Assembly: GCA_002269645.1 (NCBI GenBank)
Contig: NIVC01002158.1
Coordinates: 62,001 to 126,000, forward strand
Reading direction: 5' to 3'
DNA: 64,000 nucleotides
Origin: Macrostomum lignano
Taxonomy: Eukaryota
The first letter of the stretch is position 1; each line of letters starts with the position of its first letter. Both the position numbers and the translations under genes were made by a program. Of this stretch, positions 24,978-37,589 are shown in pieces. Under the pieces are notes generated by a model, which saw nothing but the letters and a program-made list of their open reading frames with translations, did not search any database and was not told the origin of the DNA.

Positions 24978-26215
24978 TAAGACCATAGCACCACATTCCA
25001 AAAGATAGGCACAGCAGTTGTTTGGCACTGGATGAGACTCCGATGAAGCAAACTGATATGCGTCATTCCTAAACAGCAGCAGCCAAGCACCCAGCATTGG
25101 ATCCATGAACTTAGAGGCCGGTAAAAAACTGTAAAATTTGTTGGATTCGAAAAAGCTTGCCTGTCAACTGTGCAAGAGGCATTTCTGACAACTGGGGGGG
25201 GGGCATAGGCATCGGCATGGAGCAATGTGCAGATCAGGAACGCAGATGCAGCAGTGATACTGGACTGTTACTGGGCTGCACGACAGGGAACCCGAAATCC
25301 GAGCGGGCAGCTGCTTCTGCGCATCCCATCCAAAGCGGAAGCATTGCTGCTATAACTGCGCCCGACTCCGTCTGCTTCCGTTGCACCCAGAAAAAATCTG
25401 CGAATTCTCTTTCACTCCCGTTGCCAAAGCTGACATTGTCGCTGTGGGAGTGATTTTCCAGGGTTCAGTTTCATTAGTAATTTTTTCCTCTAATCCCACC
25501 GCTGCCACCATGCAGTGTTGGATGGCTGCATCTTTTCCGGCTCTTAATCTGAGAAATCTGCTTCAGGTCTCCTCCGAGGTCTCGTATTTCCTCTCAGCAA
25601 AAAGATGCTCACCCGATATGGTCCAATGAACCTCTTCGCCTCCGCAGTGTCTGTTTCTCTTCTCTCTCCTTCTCTTTCTCCGCGCGTATTTTCTTTCGCC
25701 TATCAATCTGATCCCGCCCGCTTCTCGAACCGGTCTTGTCATTAAATTCCTTCGCCTCGCTGCACTTCGATAGCTGGCTCTTCGATACGATCGTCCCTCC
25801 TCTTATTTCTCGCATTCCTCATCCGGCTCGGCTCCATCTCGCATGTCCCCCGCAAGGTCTTAGCCTGACTATTTAACTGCAGAATTCTTCAATTCTCGTC
25901 CCCCATTCTGCCTTTCCCTAGCACTTTAGTCCCATTGGGATCTGGTCGCTGCGATTGAACTCTGAGATTGGAAATGCTTTTTAGGACATAAAATGAAATT
26001 AATATGCTTTATGGTTTCATTGACTATTGCCTGCAGGCCTAGTTTAAACTGTTAAAACCGAGAAATATCAGAACATCGGCAGAATCAAAGGCAGTTGAAT
26101 CAAATTCTAAAAGATTCCAATGTCAAAAGCCCCCGGTTTCTTTAAGGAGATTCATACTCACGCGGCTCAATAAAATGAGGTGATAAATAAGACTCATCTC
26201 TCCTCTCCGTTCCAG

Positions 26216-26484
26216 CAGACAAGCCCCTCACAGACGAAGAAGTCGAGGCGGCCAGAGCCCGCTGGTGCAGCCTACTCGCTGAACAGGAGCCCGACTGCGA
26301 GGTCGTAGTCGCTCGGTTGACCAAGTTCAAGGACTGCCCGGGACTCGGCGTCAGCCTTGAAGGCACTGTTGAGCTACTGGCGGACGGCCGGACTCTCCTG
26401 CCGAGGCACTGCATTCGCGCTCTGCTGCCAGACGGACCGGCAGGACGAGAGGGCAGCCTGCGACTGGGCGATGAGCTGCTGGAG
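26216..26484 (+). CDS. MPDZ: Exon 8: N-terminal part of PDZ4
   Basis: Pyrimidine tract plus ttccag| (phase 1), GAG|GTGAGC donor. CEVVVARLTKFKDCPGLGVSLEGTV...HCIRALLPDGPAGREGSLRLGDELLE matches MPDZ PDZ4 (YEIVVAHVSKFSENSGLGISLEATV..HFIRSVLPEGPVG..GDELLE). Confidence 0.95.
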
Positions 26485-26731
26485 GTGAGCACTGCTTATA
26501 CAGAGGTTCAAATGCGAGTAAACTTTGCCGTAGTTACTGGCCTTACAGGCAATGCATGAAAGAAAGAACTGAATGAAAAAAAATTGTAGGAGATACAAAC
26601 ATTTTTACGTGCGAGAATCTGTAAACATACTGAAGTAATAAATGATTTATTTTTATACTGTTTCTGTCCGAAATTATACACGTGATTTGTGTATGTTTAC
26701 AGTTCGCAAAAAATCTTTAAAACCTCTGCAG

Positions 26732-27382
26732 GTGAACGGTCATCGTCTGCACGGTCTGAACCATCTCGAGGTTGTAGAGATCCTCAAATCGCTTCCCCAG
26801 CACGTGTGCGTGATTTGCTCTCGCAAGCGGCCGACACAGCCTAAGCAGAACCTGACAGGCCAACTGAAGAAGCAGACAGGCATGGCTGCCGTATCGGCCA
26901 ACAACTCGGTACCCGGGGCCAAAAGCAGATCGTTTGACAATTTCTCTGGCATGGGCGTCTGGTCCGACTCCCCGACGGTGGTAGAGCTTGAGAAGACCAC
27001 CAGAGGCCTGGGGTTCAGCGTGCTGGACTATCAAGATCCGCTGTGCCCGGAGGACTCCGCCGCGGTGATCATCGTCCGCAGTCTGGTGCCAAACGGAGCT
27101 GCCCATCGGGACGGACGGATCCTGCCAGGCGACCGGCTGCTGTTTGTCAATGACGTCAGCCTAGAGCGCGCCAGCCTGGAGGAGGCGGTCCGCTGTTTAA
27201 AAGCCGCGCCGCTGGGTCGCATTGTGCTGGGCGTGGCCAAACCGTGTCCGCTGCTGGCTCTCGCTGCTGCTGGCAGCGGCACTGCCAGTGGTGGAGGCGG
27301 CGCCGTAGGCAGCAAAGCCGCCGTCAGGGGAGTCAAGAAAGCCGGAGTATCCCCGACGGTTGCATCAGCAGCTGCTCGAAAG
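26732..27382 (+). CDS. MPDZ: Exon 9: end of PDZ4 and complete PDZ5
   Basis: cctctgcag| acceptor, AAG|GTAAAT donor, phase 0-0. VELEKTTRGLGFSVLDYQDP...IIVRSLVPNGAAHRDGRILPGDRLLFVNDVSLERASLEEAVRCLKAAPLGRIVLGVAKP matches the diagnostic MPDZ PDZ5 motif GLGFSILDYQDP. Confidence 0.97.
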
Positions 27383-27436
27383 GTAAATAAAATACTGCCC
27401 GGTTGAAATATTTGAGATTTCAGTTAGAAGATGATT

Positions 27437-27650
27437 GAGATCAGTGAATTGTCGGTAGGGTGAGACGGCTGAGATCAGTGAAGTGTCGGTAGGGTGAGAC
27501 GGCTGAGATCAGTGAATTGTCGGTAGGGTGAGACGGCTGAGATCAGTGAAGTGTCGGTAGGGTGAGACGGCGGAGATCAGTGAATTGTCGGTAGGGTGGG
27601 ACGGCTGAGATCAGTGAATTGTCGGTAGGGTGAGACGGCTGGGATCAGCG
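27437..27650. repeat. 34-bp minisatellite GAGATCAGTGAATTGTCGGTAGGGTGAGACGGCT, about 6 copies
   Basis: Period 34 (27437 to 27471). Confidence 0.93.
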
Positions 27651-28082
27651 AGGCGACGGCAGGTGGGGACAGTGCAATAAGTGAAATCTTAGCATGATAA
27701 AAATGCCAGTCACTCAGACGAGGCAACAAAGCTTCTACTTGGAGCTCAGATTTTCAAAAAAAGTATATTAGACTCTTTTCTTAGTAAAACTATGCCTTGT
27801 CTGTGTTTTTCGTCCTTTATCGTGCTCCTTCTCGTGTCATATCAAAGGGTATCAGATCTTTTGACTTTTCACAAAGGCTTTCGACCAAGCCAAAAGTGCG
27901 CAACTGCCCAGCTTGGCATTTACAAAAACAACTATTTTTTCGACGGAATGTTGCGGTCACTGCGACAGACAGAGCCGCTTGGCTCTGGTGCAGTCAGGTC
28001 TAAGAAATTCCGTTTTAAGGCTAGCATTTTCTAGCTTCTAGTCTGGTCAGTCTAGATAATCTAAAACGTCTGGGTTTTAGTC

Positions 28083-28287
<205 letters not shown>

Positions 28288-28324
28288 CTGAAGTGAAAGT
28301 GCTAACCCGTTTCCAAACCGATAG

Positions 28325-29026
28325 TCCCTGTGCCACGTGTCGACCTCTCAATTGGCTGACATCACGGACGGCAATTGGAGACCAGCAACTGCAGCATCCA
28401 CTCCATCTCCGCCGTCATCATCCTCTTCATCGAGCACGTTCGACCCCCAGCGCGCTGACAATCGGGTCAGCGACGATCCAGAGCAGCTGGACAGCCGTCT
28501 GCGGCTACACAGCATTGAGGAGGATGCGGGAGCGCCAGCAATAACTCCCACTGCTTCTGCTCCGGCAGCCTCCGAATCATCCTTCCCCGTGACGCCACCG
28601 CCCGACGAATCGACAACAAAATCGGACGACACTCAGGCTCGAGTTGACACAATTCAGGACGAGTCGATTGATGGGCAGAGTAGCGCCGCGTCGGCTACCC
28701 CGGATTCCGAGCAGCTGAGCGAGTTTAGCTCGGAGCTGGTCAGAAGGGCGCTGGACAATGTGCTGGCCCAGTGCGCTGAGGAGCGACTCGTCTGCCACCG
28801 CCTGGTGTCAGAGGTGCTGGACGAGGCTCAGAGAAGAATCAACGCCGAGCTTCAACAGCAGCTCGAGATTGTGGTCAACAACGTAAACGGGAGTGTCGAG
28901 TCTTCGTTGAGTTCGAGTGGCTCCGAGCAGAGTTTGATCTCTTCATCGTCCAGCGGCGACATGCTGGGAGATCTGGAGCGACTGAGGGACTGCGGCTCCG
29001 ACACTGATGCACTGTTTAATCACCTG
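28325..29026 (+). CDS. MPDZ: Exon 10: 234-aa Ser/acidic linker between PDZ5 and PDZ6, with a predicted helical segment
   Basis: Long GC3-rich open frame. ccgatag| acceptor (phase 0) and CTG|GTGAGG donor (phase 0). Confidence 0.8.
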
Positions 29027-29543
29027 GTGAGGCTGAGACTAAGACACACTTTGTTGAACGAAGCGTAACGTACGATTCGTAAAGTTTCGCAAGGACCGCT
29101 AGAAGTTATGAGTGTATCAGGACGTAAATATAACCATCACGTTTGATGCATGGTAGTTTTAGGGTCCAACGGCAAATTCACTTAACTCAGTGCAAAACAC
29201 GATTTAATAAAAAAACCAAAATGAACCTTTTGATTCGAACCTTAAAATATAGTTCTCCAGTCATTGAGTGTGATAAGTTGTGACAACCCCGAACACCATA
29301 GCTTCTAATGATCCTTACTTTTATACACTCTTCGCATGTACATGTACGTCTCTTTGTACATGCTTGCTGCGGCGTTGCGAAACTGTAAAAACTAAAAATT
29401 TGTCTGCGATAGATGTCCGTGAACATCTATATGTAGTTTTATGATAAATGGTTGTAATCACAGCCTGAAGAGCTATTAACAGAGGATACAACTGCCAATT
29501 ACTGTACAAGGCTTGAGCCATGTATAATCGATTCTATCCTCAG

Positions 29544-29911
29544 GAGCAAACCACTGATGCAGACGAGCCCGCCGAGTATGACGACTTTGGCGATCAGAAC
29601 TCGGCGATCAGTTTTCAACATCGATGGCTTGACGACACGCCGCCACCCGCGCCAGAAAGTCTGGAGCGGAGCGTCCGGCTGAGCAAGACAACCGACTTCG
29701 AGGACCTTGGCTTGGCGCTGGAGTCTGTTGACAAAGGCGTCAACGGGTGCGTTGTCCGCGACCTCACGCCTGGTGGGCCGGCCGATCGGTGCGGCCAGAT
29801 CCGCCTGGGGGACTTCGTCATCAGCATCAACTCTGAGTGCACTCGGAGAGTGCCAACAGCCCAGGCCAGGGCCATCCTGCGACGGGCGGCACTTGTTAAT
29901 CAGGATGTCAG
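29544..29911 (+). CDS. MPDZ: Exon 11: most of PDZ6
   Basis: tatcctcag| acceptor (phase 0), AG|GTGACT donor (phase 2). SLERSVRLSK...LGLALES...CVVRDLTPGGPADRCGQIRLGDFVISINSE...TAQARAILRRAALV matches MPDZ PDZ6 (SFERTINIAK...TNAQARAMLRRHSLI). Confidence 0.95.
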
Positions 29912-30190
29912 GTGACTGACTGACTGACTGACTGACTGACTAACTGACTGACTGACTGACTGACTGACTGACTGACTGACTGACTGACTTGAGTGAGTGA
30001 GTGGCTGACTGACTGACTGACTGACTTGAGTGAGTGAGTGGCTGACTGACTGACTGACTGACTTGAGTGAGTGAGTGGCTGACTGACTGACTGACTGACT
30101 GACTTGAGTGAGTGAGTGGCTGACTGACTGACTGACTGACTTGAGTGAGTGAGTGGCTGACTGACTGACTGAGTGACTGACTGACTGACT
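29912..30190. repeat. (ACTG)n microsatellite with interspersed GACTTGAGTGAGTGAGTGGCT units, starting at the exon-11 donor
   Basis: Direct inspection. Confidence 0.95.
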
Positions 30191-30291
30191 GTTTTTGCAG
30201 CAAGTTTTAAGCCGTGCCTTATCTCTTGATGCGCGCAGTTTTAGCCAAGTCAACACTGAATGAAACGCCCCGTCCCACCCCACGCGCACAG

Positions 30292-30396
30292 CATCAGCTA
30301 CTTGTCTGCCGACGACGTGGCATCGCATTTAGAATCGGTCCGACGGGCCCAGACGACGGCCCGCCAGCAGGACCCGTCAATCCTAGCGCCAAATAA
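30292..30396 (+). CDS. MPDZ: Exon 12: last strand of PDZ6 (ISYL) plus short linker
   Basis: cgcacag| acceptor, AA|GTGAGT donor, phase 2-2. (S)ISYLSADDVASHLESVRRAQ corresponds to MPDZ DIKITYVP. Confidence 0.88.
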   Translation, partial: HQLLVCRRRGIAFRIGPTGPDDGPPAGPVNPSAK

Positions 30397-33300
30397 GTGA
30401 GTTGTACGACTTATCATTTATTTACCTGCTTTATCTGTATCCGTGAAATCCCTGACAATGCAAGTATATACCCTTAAACTATTTATGTGTGCATACATAC
30501 TCTATGAATACAGTGTCGCTCGCGCGCAATATTAAAAGCCGATACATTCAGGGGATATTATGTGGGTTATATGCTCCATAGTATAGGGGTGTGATAGCTA
30601 ATATTGCAGTAGATAAGCTATTAAATAGTCTTTTTGAAAAGCAATTGATAGCAATTTGACAGTGTGCATTTACGAGCCAAAAGTGACTTTTCAGCTTGCA
30701 CTCGTTATTTACGTGGGACCGAGAGAAGGCAAATTATTTGCGCTACGCTTGTATTTTCACGTAACTTCCAAATTAAAATTAAAATTAAAGTCATTCAAAA
30801 TGAAACTAACTACACGGTAAAAATTAGCCTTAAAAGATCAAATCAGTTCAGAAGGTGCATAACCATTATCATACATAACGTAATTTTTGATCCATTAGTG
30901 AATAATACTAGTCTATATAATTTATTAGCTATAACAATAATATAAACTACTTAATATTGAATTAATATTAAAAAGCTTTAAATTTTATTTTCGCGCTGGA
31001 CCCGAGATTTTGCTTATTTGTTTTTTTTTTATTTTGCAGCGCGGACTTGACGAAATAAACAAAAAACTGGACACTCAATCATTGATGAATATATTCAAAT
31101 TCTGTTAATATCTATAGGATTCAATAGCTTCATATATTTACGGCTGAAAACTAGTATATATATAGTAGACCCTAGTCCCGCGTAAATTTTGTTGTAACGA
31201 TTTTTAAGCCCATTTAAGCCAACTTATAAGCCCCTTTATTTGGTTTCGAGACACTGAAAGCAGCATTGGCTACTTTGCAGTTTGATTCATTTAAATTAAA
31301 CATAAATGTTTTTTGTTTAGTTGCAATGTTTATGATAAAGCTTATGCATTATGATGAGAACGCATTAGCTAATGGTGAAAATTTCTGGTATTCGTGTGAT
31401 TTGTCAATATCTGGAGTAATAGTTTTATAATTATTGTAAGACCGTAGCACGTAATTTGCTCGCAGTTTGAGCGAACAATCAAGTGTTTTGGCACGCATTC
31501 GAAATTTGTCAGCGTTGTGTTTAAGCGTAAAATTTAGACTTGAAGAGTCGAAGAATTACTCGTAAATTTGGGTTTTTTAACCAGATACCATGATTCTGAT
31601 GTTCCAATGCCGGTAGTTGTTTGCTGTGGATTCGCCCCACAATTAGCTGAGGTTCATATCGCTTTGCTAATATTTAACAATCATTTAGCAATTTTGCTTG
31701 GAGGTGTTTTATGTTTGCCGTACAGCTCTCGTAGACTATTTAGAATTCAACAAATATACATACTTTTATTAGTAGCAAGTACGAGTCGTAAAGTACGCCT
31801 TGAATATTTAATCAAATTAACTTGGTTTCAATGAATATTATAGAAAGTGATTTAACCTGCTATTTTGTTTAGAACGTCTTTTCACCCGTCCCTTTCACTC
31901 TTTTTAACCTCCCCCCTCTACTGATGCAGAGTTTTTCCAAAGTATTTTCGGTAAGCTTGGAGATCTGCATACTAATATTGAGTGCTTACTATGAGTAGTA
32001 CACACATGTAATGGTCTCGACTGAATCTAAACCAATTATCCCTAATATCGTTCCTGTTGAGTTGAGCTAGTCCTCTGAGCACCGTTCCTGATTCCTTATT
32101 ATATTAGAACGCTTTAAGTGATTTGAATTGATTCCGAAACTATGCAGAGACATTTCCGACACTGTCGTCGCTAATCGTCACACCGATTTATAACGACGCT
32201 AAATGTCGGTGAAATATAATAGAACTTATTTGTCAGCAACGTCGGTAGACATCGGAACAAGGACTACTTAAGTAGATATATAGCTAGCTACCTCGCAAGT
32301 AGCAAAGCAAGCAAATATGATATTTAAAAGACTTTGGACAGTTCTGCCTGGCTGAAAGCACTAACCGGCTATCAATAATATTGATAATGCAAATATTAAA
32401 CTGGCCTCCACTGCACCGCATTTTTGCTTAGAATTCAGCCCACCGGTATCAGTTATAAATTTATCCATATCGTTTGTTTGTTTGCATACTGCTTCATTAG
32501 AAATTGCATCTGGTGCTTAGGCACTTTTAATAAATAACCTGAACTAGCTATATGTGAGTTAAAAAGTAACTTATTTTGGGAGACCGGGCTCCACATCTTT
32601 GAAAATGAAAGATACGAAAATGACATGAACTAAAATATATTTTTTGAATTTATTCCTTCAACTAATTAGAGAATGCTTTGTACTTTACACGTATTATATA
32701 TTATAATGTTTCGAAAATAAAAAATTATTTAGAACGTGTAGTTTTCCGTGATCTAGCATTTCCGTTGTACAGTCGGTAGTTAATTGCGTAAAGTATAGAA
32801 TTTGTAGAAGCGCACATTCGATCAGCCCCATTCATCATTATAGGATACTGAAACAATTAAACAAGCATTTAATTTTTGTTAGCCATTTTCCTTTGTTAGT
32901 TTATATACTTTTCGATAAAGATTATTTTACCGGTTATCAATTAGTTTGGAGTGATTTTTCTTTATTCTTTAGGACTGTGTTTACACAGCACAGATAGTTA
33001 GTTTAAGTTTTAAGTTTCAACTGGACACACAACAATCTTGTGTTATAAAAATCGTAAAAAACGGTTTGATTTGACTTTTCTAGGTACGAGTACTTTCGGT
33101 GTCTTCTGTAGAATCAGCGTACAAGTGAAATGTGGACACAAAATTAGCTTGTTGTGTTGGGATCCAAGCTTGAGGATTTGCCCTATTTCAACATGTTCCA
33201 CTGGTGGATGTTGGCCTTTAGCGCGCTGGCGATCCCTTAAAAAACGGCGGTCATTTTTTCCTTATTCTTTCTTTGGTCGACGGTGTATCCAGTCCCAGCA

Positions 33301-33403
33301 AATGCACTTTACTGTACATTAGCGCACTGATTTTGTCTGAAAAAGTGAAATTGTCAACTTTTAATCTCATCTGTGTACTCATCTCCACACCAACTCATTG
33401 CAG

Positions 33404-33573
33404 TGTCCGCACATCGCCAGAAAAGCAGCAACAGCCGCAGCACCCGCAGCAGCAGCAGCAGTCTTTGTTGTCGAATAATCTCCCTCCTAAGGAATTGCCA
33501 GTTCCGCACGGCGCACTTAACCATGTTGGAGAGACCCCTCAGCAGCAAGCTCAAAACGATAATGGTGAAACAA
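33404..33573 (+). CDS. MPDZ: Exon 13: Gln/Pro-rich linker
   Basis: cattgcag| acceptor (phase 2), ACAA|GTAAGC donor (phase 1). This bridges exon 12 (phase 2) to exon 14 (phase 1). Confidence 0.8.
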
Positions 33574-34374
33574 GTAAGCCGATATCCTTAACATTAACAC
33601 CTACATATGAAACCAAAATAGTACACAAATCAAGACCAATATTTAATGCAACAGTTGATGAAACATCATACATTTTTGTGTAAATTTGTCTTTGTCTAAA
33701 GACAGAATGAACAAAGAAAAAAAACAATAACCAGGACATAAAATTTTTTGGCAAAAACACGATCAAACCACAAAATAAGGGGCAATGCAGAACAACATAA
33801 AACCCGTTTGACTGTCACGCCACGACCCATGGTTTGCGTCCAATTGCTGGTGGGACAAATAATTAACTGAGGAATGAACCAACACTTGAAGCTATATTTA
33901 GAAACACGCGGTCGTACGCTCGTAAAAGTCGGCGGAGAAAGAAAGTGAATAGAAATGTAATAAAGGTAATAAACCGAGGCAAGGGCCGACTATATATTTA
34001 AAAGTAATAAAAACTGGACCTCTTCGTGCGCCACGCAATTATCGAAATTACCTAAATTACCTAAATTGCCTAAATAATCGATCCTGAACCTAGAATGGGC
34101 AGAATTGCCGTCAGCGCTGGTTGTGGGACGATGGCGTTGCGCCACGGTGACCCCAGCACTCCGGCAATTATTATCATTATATTATTAAGCTGCCGACCAA
34201 AGTTCAAGTCTAAAATTAAGACTACTTGAAGTAGAAACTAACCTAGAACAAAATCAATTCTAGTCAATGTGTCAGCAACCTTGTACATTTACGAGACGAG
34301 CCAGACTACTGACGAGCTTCCTTTTGGTAGTCCAACATTTAAAATGTCCTTCTTCATTATCTCGAATCTGCCAG

Positions 34375-34628
34375 GTCATTCAAATCAGCAGCGCTCGCTC
34401 GCCCAGGACGGCTCGCCGGCCATCCGCAGCCTCAACAGCTGGGGCAGCCCGCGGCTCGTCCGCGTCCGCCGAGACGACCGACGAAATCTCGGCATCAGCA
34501 TCGTCGGAGGCAAGGTGGCCGGCCACGGGCTGCAGCAGTCGGTCTGCGGGATCTTCATCAAGCACGTGTCGGAGGCTGGGGCGGACCGACGAGAGGGCGT
34601 ATTGAGAACTGGAGATCGAATCCTTGAG
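34375..34628 (+). CDS. MPDZ: Exon 14: N-terminal part of PDZ7
   Basis: ctgccag| acceptor (phase 1), GAG|GTTGGT donor. WGSPRLVRVRRDDRRNLGISIVGGKV...GIFIKHVSE...LRTGDRILE matches MPDZ PDZ7 (WNQPRRVELWREPSKSLGISIVGG...GIFIKHVLE). Confidence 0.95.
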
Positions 34629-34692
34629 GTTGGTGCCTTTCAGAAAAAAAATTGCTATATGCTATGATGTCTTCTTTTATATAAAAGTGTCC

Positions 34693-35117
34693 GGTGTGTC
34701 TGCTAAGACTGTGTCCATGTGTGTCTGCTAAGACTGTGTCCATCTGTGTCTGCTAAGATTGTGTCCACGTGTGTCTGCTAAGACTGTGTCCATCTGTGTC
34801 TGCTCAGATTGTGTCCATCTGTTTCTGCTAAGACTGTGTCCACGTGTGTCTGCTAAGACTGTGTCCATCTGTGTCTGCTAAGATTGTGTCCATCTGTGTC
34901 TGCTAAGACTGTGTCCATCTGTGTCTGCTAAGATTGTGTCCACGTGTGTCTGCTAAGACTGTGTCCATCTGTGTCTGCTAAGATTGTGTCCATCTGTGTC
35001 TGCTAAGATTGTGTCCATCTGTGTCTGCTAAGACTGTGTCCATCTGTGTCTGCTAAGATTGTGTCCACGTGTGTCTGCTAAGACTGTGTCCACGTGTGTC
35101 TGCTAAGACTGTGTCCA
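34693..35117. repeat. 25-bp minisatellite GTGTCCATCTGTGTCTGCTAAGA(C/T)T
   Basis: Period 25 (34861 to 34886). Confidence 0.95.
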
Positions 35118-35269
35118 TGCGCCGTCTGTGAATGTATGTGTCTGTTATGACAGTTTTCGTGTGTACTCTTTTGCTGCCTGGCTTTGCACTGAGAAATTTC
35201 TGTAAGAATTTCAGAGAGATTAAGGAAAAAGAGAGTTGAGACGGAAGTAGAAGAGAGAAAGGGAGAGCA

Positions 35270-35600
35270 GGAAAGGAAGAGTAGGGAAGGGAGAGTAGGG
35301 AAGGGAGAGTAGGGACGGGAGAGTAGAGAAGGGAGAGTAGGGAAGGGAGAGTAGGGACGGGAGAGTAGAGAAGGGAGAGTAGAGAAGGGAGAGTAGAGAA
35401 GGGAGAGTAGGGAAGGGAGAGTAGAGAAGGGAGAGTAGAGAAGGGAGAGTAGAGAAGGGAGAGTAGGGACGGGAGAGTAGAGAAGGGAGAGTAGAGAAGG
35501 GAGAGTAGAGAAGGGAGAGTAGGGAAGGGAGAGTAGAGAAGGGAGAGTAGAGAAGGGAGAGTAGAGAAGGGAGAGTAGGGAAGGGAGAGTAGGAAAGGGA
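35270..35600. repeat. 14-bp purine repeat (GGGAGAGTAG[A/G]GAA)n
   Basis: Direct inspection. Confidence 0.93.
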
Positions 35601-36256
35601 GGAGAAAGAGAGCCTGAAAAAAAGTAGGGTGAAACTTGGGGAGTGAGAGCAAGGTACAGAGATGCACTAAAGTGTAAAGATAAATTATAAAGCAGCAATA
35701 AGTATGAATGAAGTGACCAGTGATTTCAGCTTTTGGTCAGAACAGCCTCCCGCAGTGCGAGAAGCGATGCGGATTAGAAGACTTCAAAGCATACAGGACA
35801 GCCTCTGAGCAGTTTAGGCGCTAAAAAGCAGCAGACCAGAAGGTCTCTTATCGATAAAAGGGATAAAAAAGCCGTAGACGTGTGGCTAAGCAGGGCGTGG
35901 CGCCCTCCTCCAGACTCGCGCCCAGCAAAGCTTCATCCATTCTCATTGGAGATCGATGCCTCAATGCTTGGAACTGTGGGATCAGAGGACAGGGCATCAG
36001 TCCGGAAAATTATGCGTGACTGCTCAGGGGAAATTCGACCTGATTCTCACCGAATGCAGTGCTCAGTTCTGCTTGGTTCTGCTCTGCCGTCAGCAAGGGT
36101 TGAAGCTGAACCTGCATGTTAAATGCAATGCTCTGCAAAATTCTGTAGTAAAACAAAATAGACACAAAATGGGACGTTTAAACAATTAATCAACTTCACT
36201 TATTCCGCTGGGAATTGCTCTAAAACACTTTATCATTTAGCAACGGCTGTCTCCGT

Positions 36257-37085
36257 CAACACCCCACTTCTTCAACACCCCACTCTCAGCCAGCACCCGC
36301 CACTTTCCGCCAACACTCCACTCTCAGCCAGCACCCGCCACTTTCCGCCAACACTCCACTCTCAGCCAACACCCGCCACTTTCCGCCAACACTCCACTCT
36401 CAGCCAGCACCCCACTCTCAGCAAACACCCCACTCTCAGCCAACACCCCACTCTCCGCAAACACCCCACTCTCAGCCAACACCCCACTCTCAGCCAACAC
36501 CCGCCACTTTCCGCCAACACTCCACTCTCAGCCAGCACCCCACTCTCAGCAAACACCCCACTCTCAGCCAACACCCCACTCTCCGCAAACACCCCACTCT
36601 CAGCCAACACCCCACTCTCAGCAAACACCCCACTCTCAGCCAACACCCCACTCTCCGCAAACACCCCACTCTCAGCCAGCACCCCACTCTCCGCCAACAC
36701 CTCACTTTCAGGCTTCAGCCAACACCCCACTCTCTGCCAACACCCCACTCTCCGCCAACACCCCACTCTCAGCCAACACCCCACTCTCCGCAAACACCCC
36801 ACTCTCCGCAAACACACCACTCTCCGCCAAGACCTCACTTTCAGGCTTCAGCCAACACCCCACTCTCCGCCAACACACCACTCTCCGCCAACACACCACT
36901 CTCAGCCAACACCCCACTCTCCGCCAACACACCACTCTCCGCAAACACCCCACTCTCCGACAACACACCACTCTGAGCCAGCACCCCAATCTCCGCAAGC
37001 ACCCCACTCTCAGCCAGCACCCCACTCTCAGCCAGCACCCCACTCTCAGCCAGCACCCCACTCTCAGCTAACACCCCACTCTCAG
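36257..37085. repeat. 18-bp minisatellite (ACTCTCAGCCAACACCCC)n ending about 25 nt before exon 15
   Basis: Direct inspection. Confidence 0.93.
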
Positions 37086-37109
37086 CTGTCAACTTAATTC
37101 AAACTTCAG

Positions 37110-37220
37110 GTCGGGGGTCGCGATCTTCGCGATGCAACCCACGACGAGGCCGTCGAGGTGATCCGCGGCGCTCCATCCCCGGTGGAGTTCTGGGTCCAGT
37201 CTCTGGTTAACCCGGCCTGC
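37110..37220 (+). CDS. MPDZ: Exon 15: C-terminal part of PDZ7 (not in the ORF track)
   Basis: aacttcag| acceptor, TGC|GTAAGT donor, phase 0-0. VGGRDLRDATHDEAVEVIRGAPSPVEFWVQSLVNPAC versus MPDZ [36 protein letters not shown]. Confidence 0.95.
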
Positions 37221-37589
37221 GTAAGTTTAACCTACTGTTGCCGGCTACACTGAGTTACTCTAGGAAACCCAGTACAAAGCAAGCTCATAGCATGGTTTGT
37301 AATTAGGCTAGTAGCATGCATAATACAGTCTTGTATTTACATATCTAAAATCTGCTCTTTCAATTCCGATTATAACATAAATATAGTGCAAATACCCACT
37401 ATATAGCGTCCTAATCACTTTAACCTCACTTTCAAGGACTGTGTCGTTCTAGTTACGGTAAGTTACGCTTACCCAGTGGCCAGAAACCCCGCTGACCTGA
37501 CCTGAAAGTCCTTGATCTTAACTGAACTGGTTATTTAGACAGTGGTGAGATTGTCGTTGTCAAGTCCTGAGTTATTTGTGTCTAGAAGC

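Noticed and set aside
25510-25629. Perfect gccaccATG ORF in intron 7
   Set aside because: No credible phase-1 donor to join exon 8, and no recognisable protein.
30510-31256. TA-CAGTGTCGCTCG start suggesting a Tc1-like element, and a Helitron-like CTAG end near 31150
   Set aside because: The partner TIR (cgagacactg) is imperfect and lacks TA, and there is no clear hairpin before CTAG.
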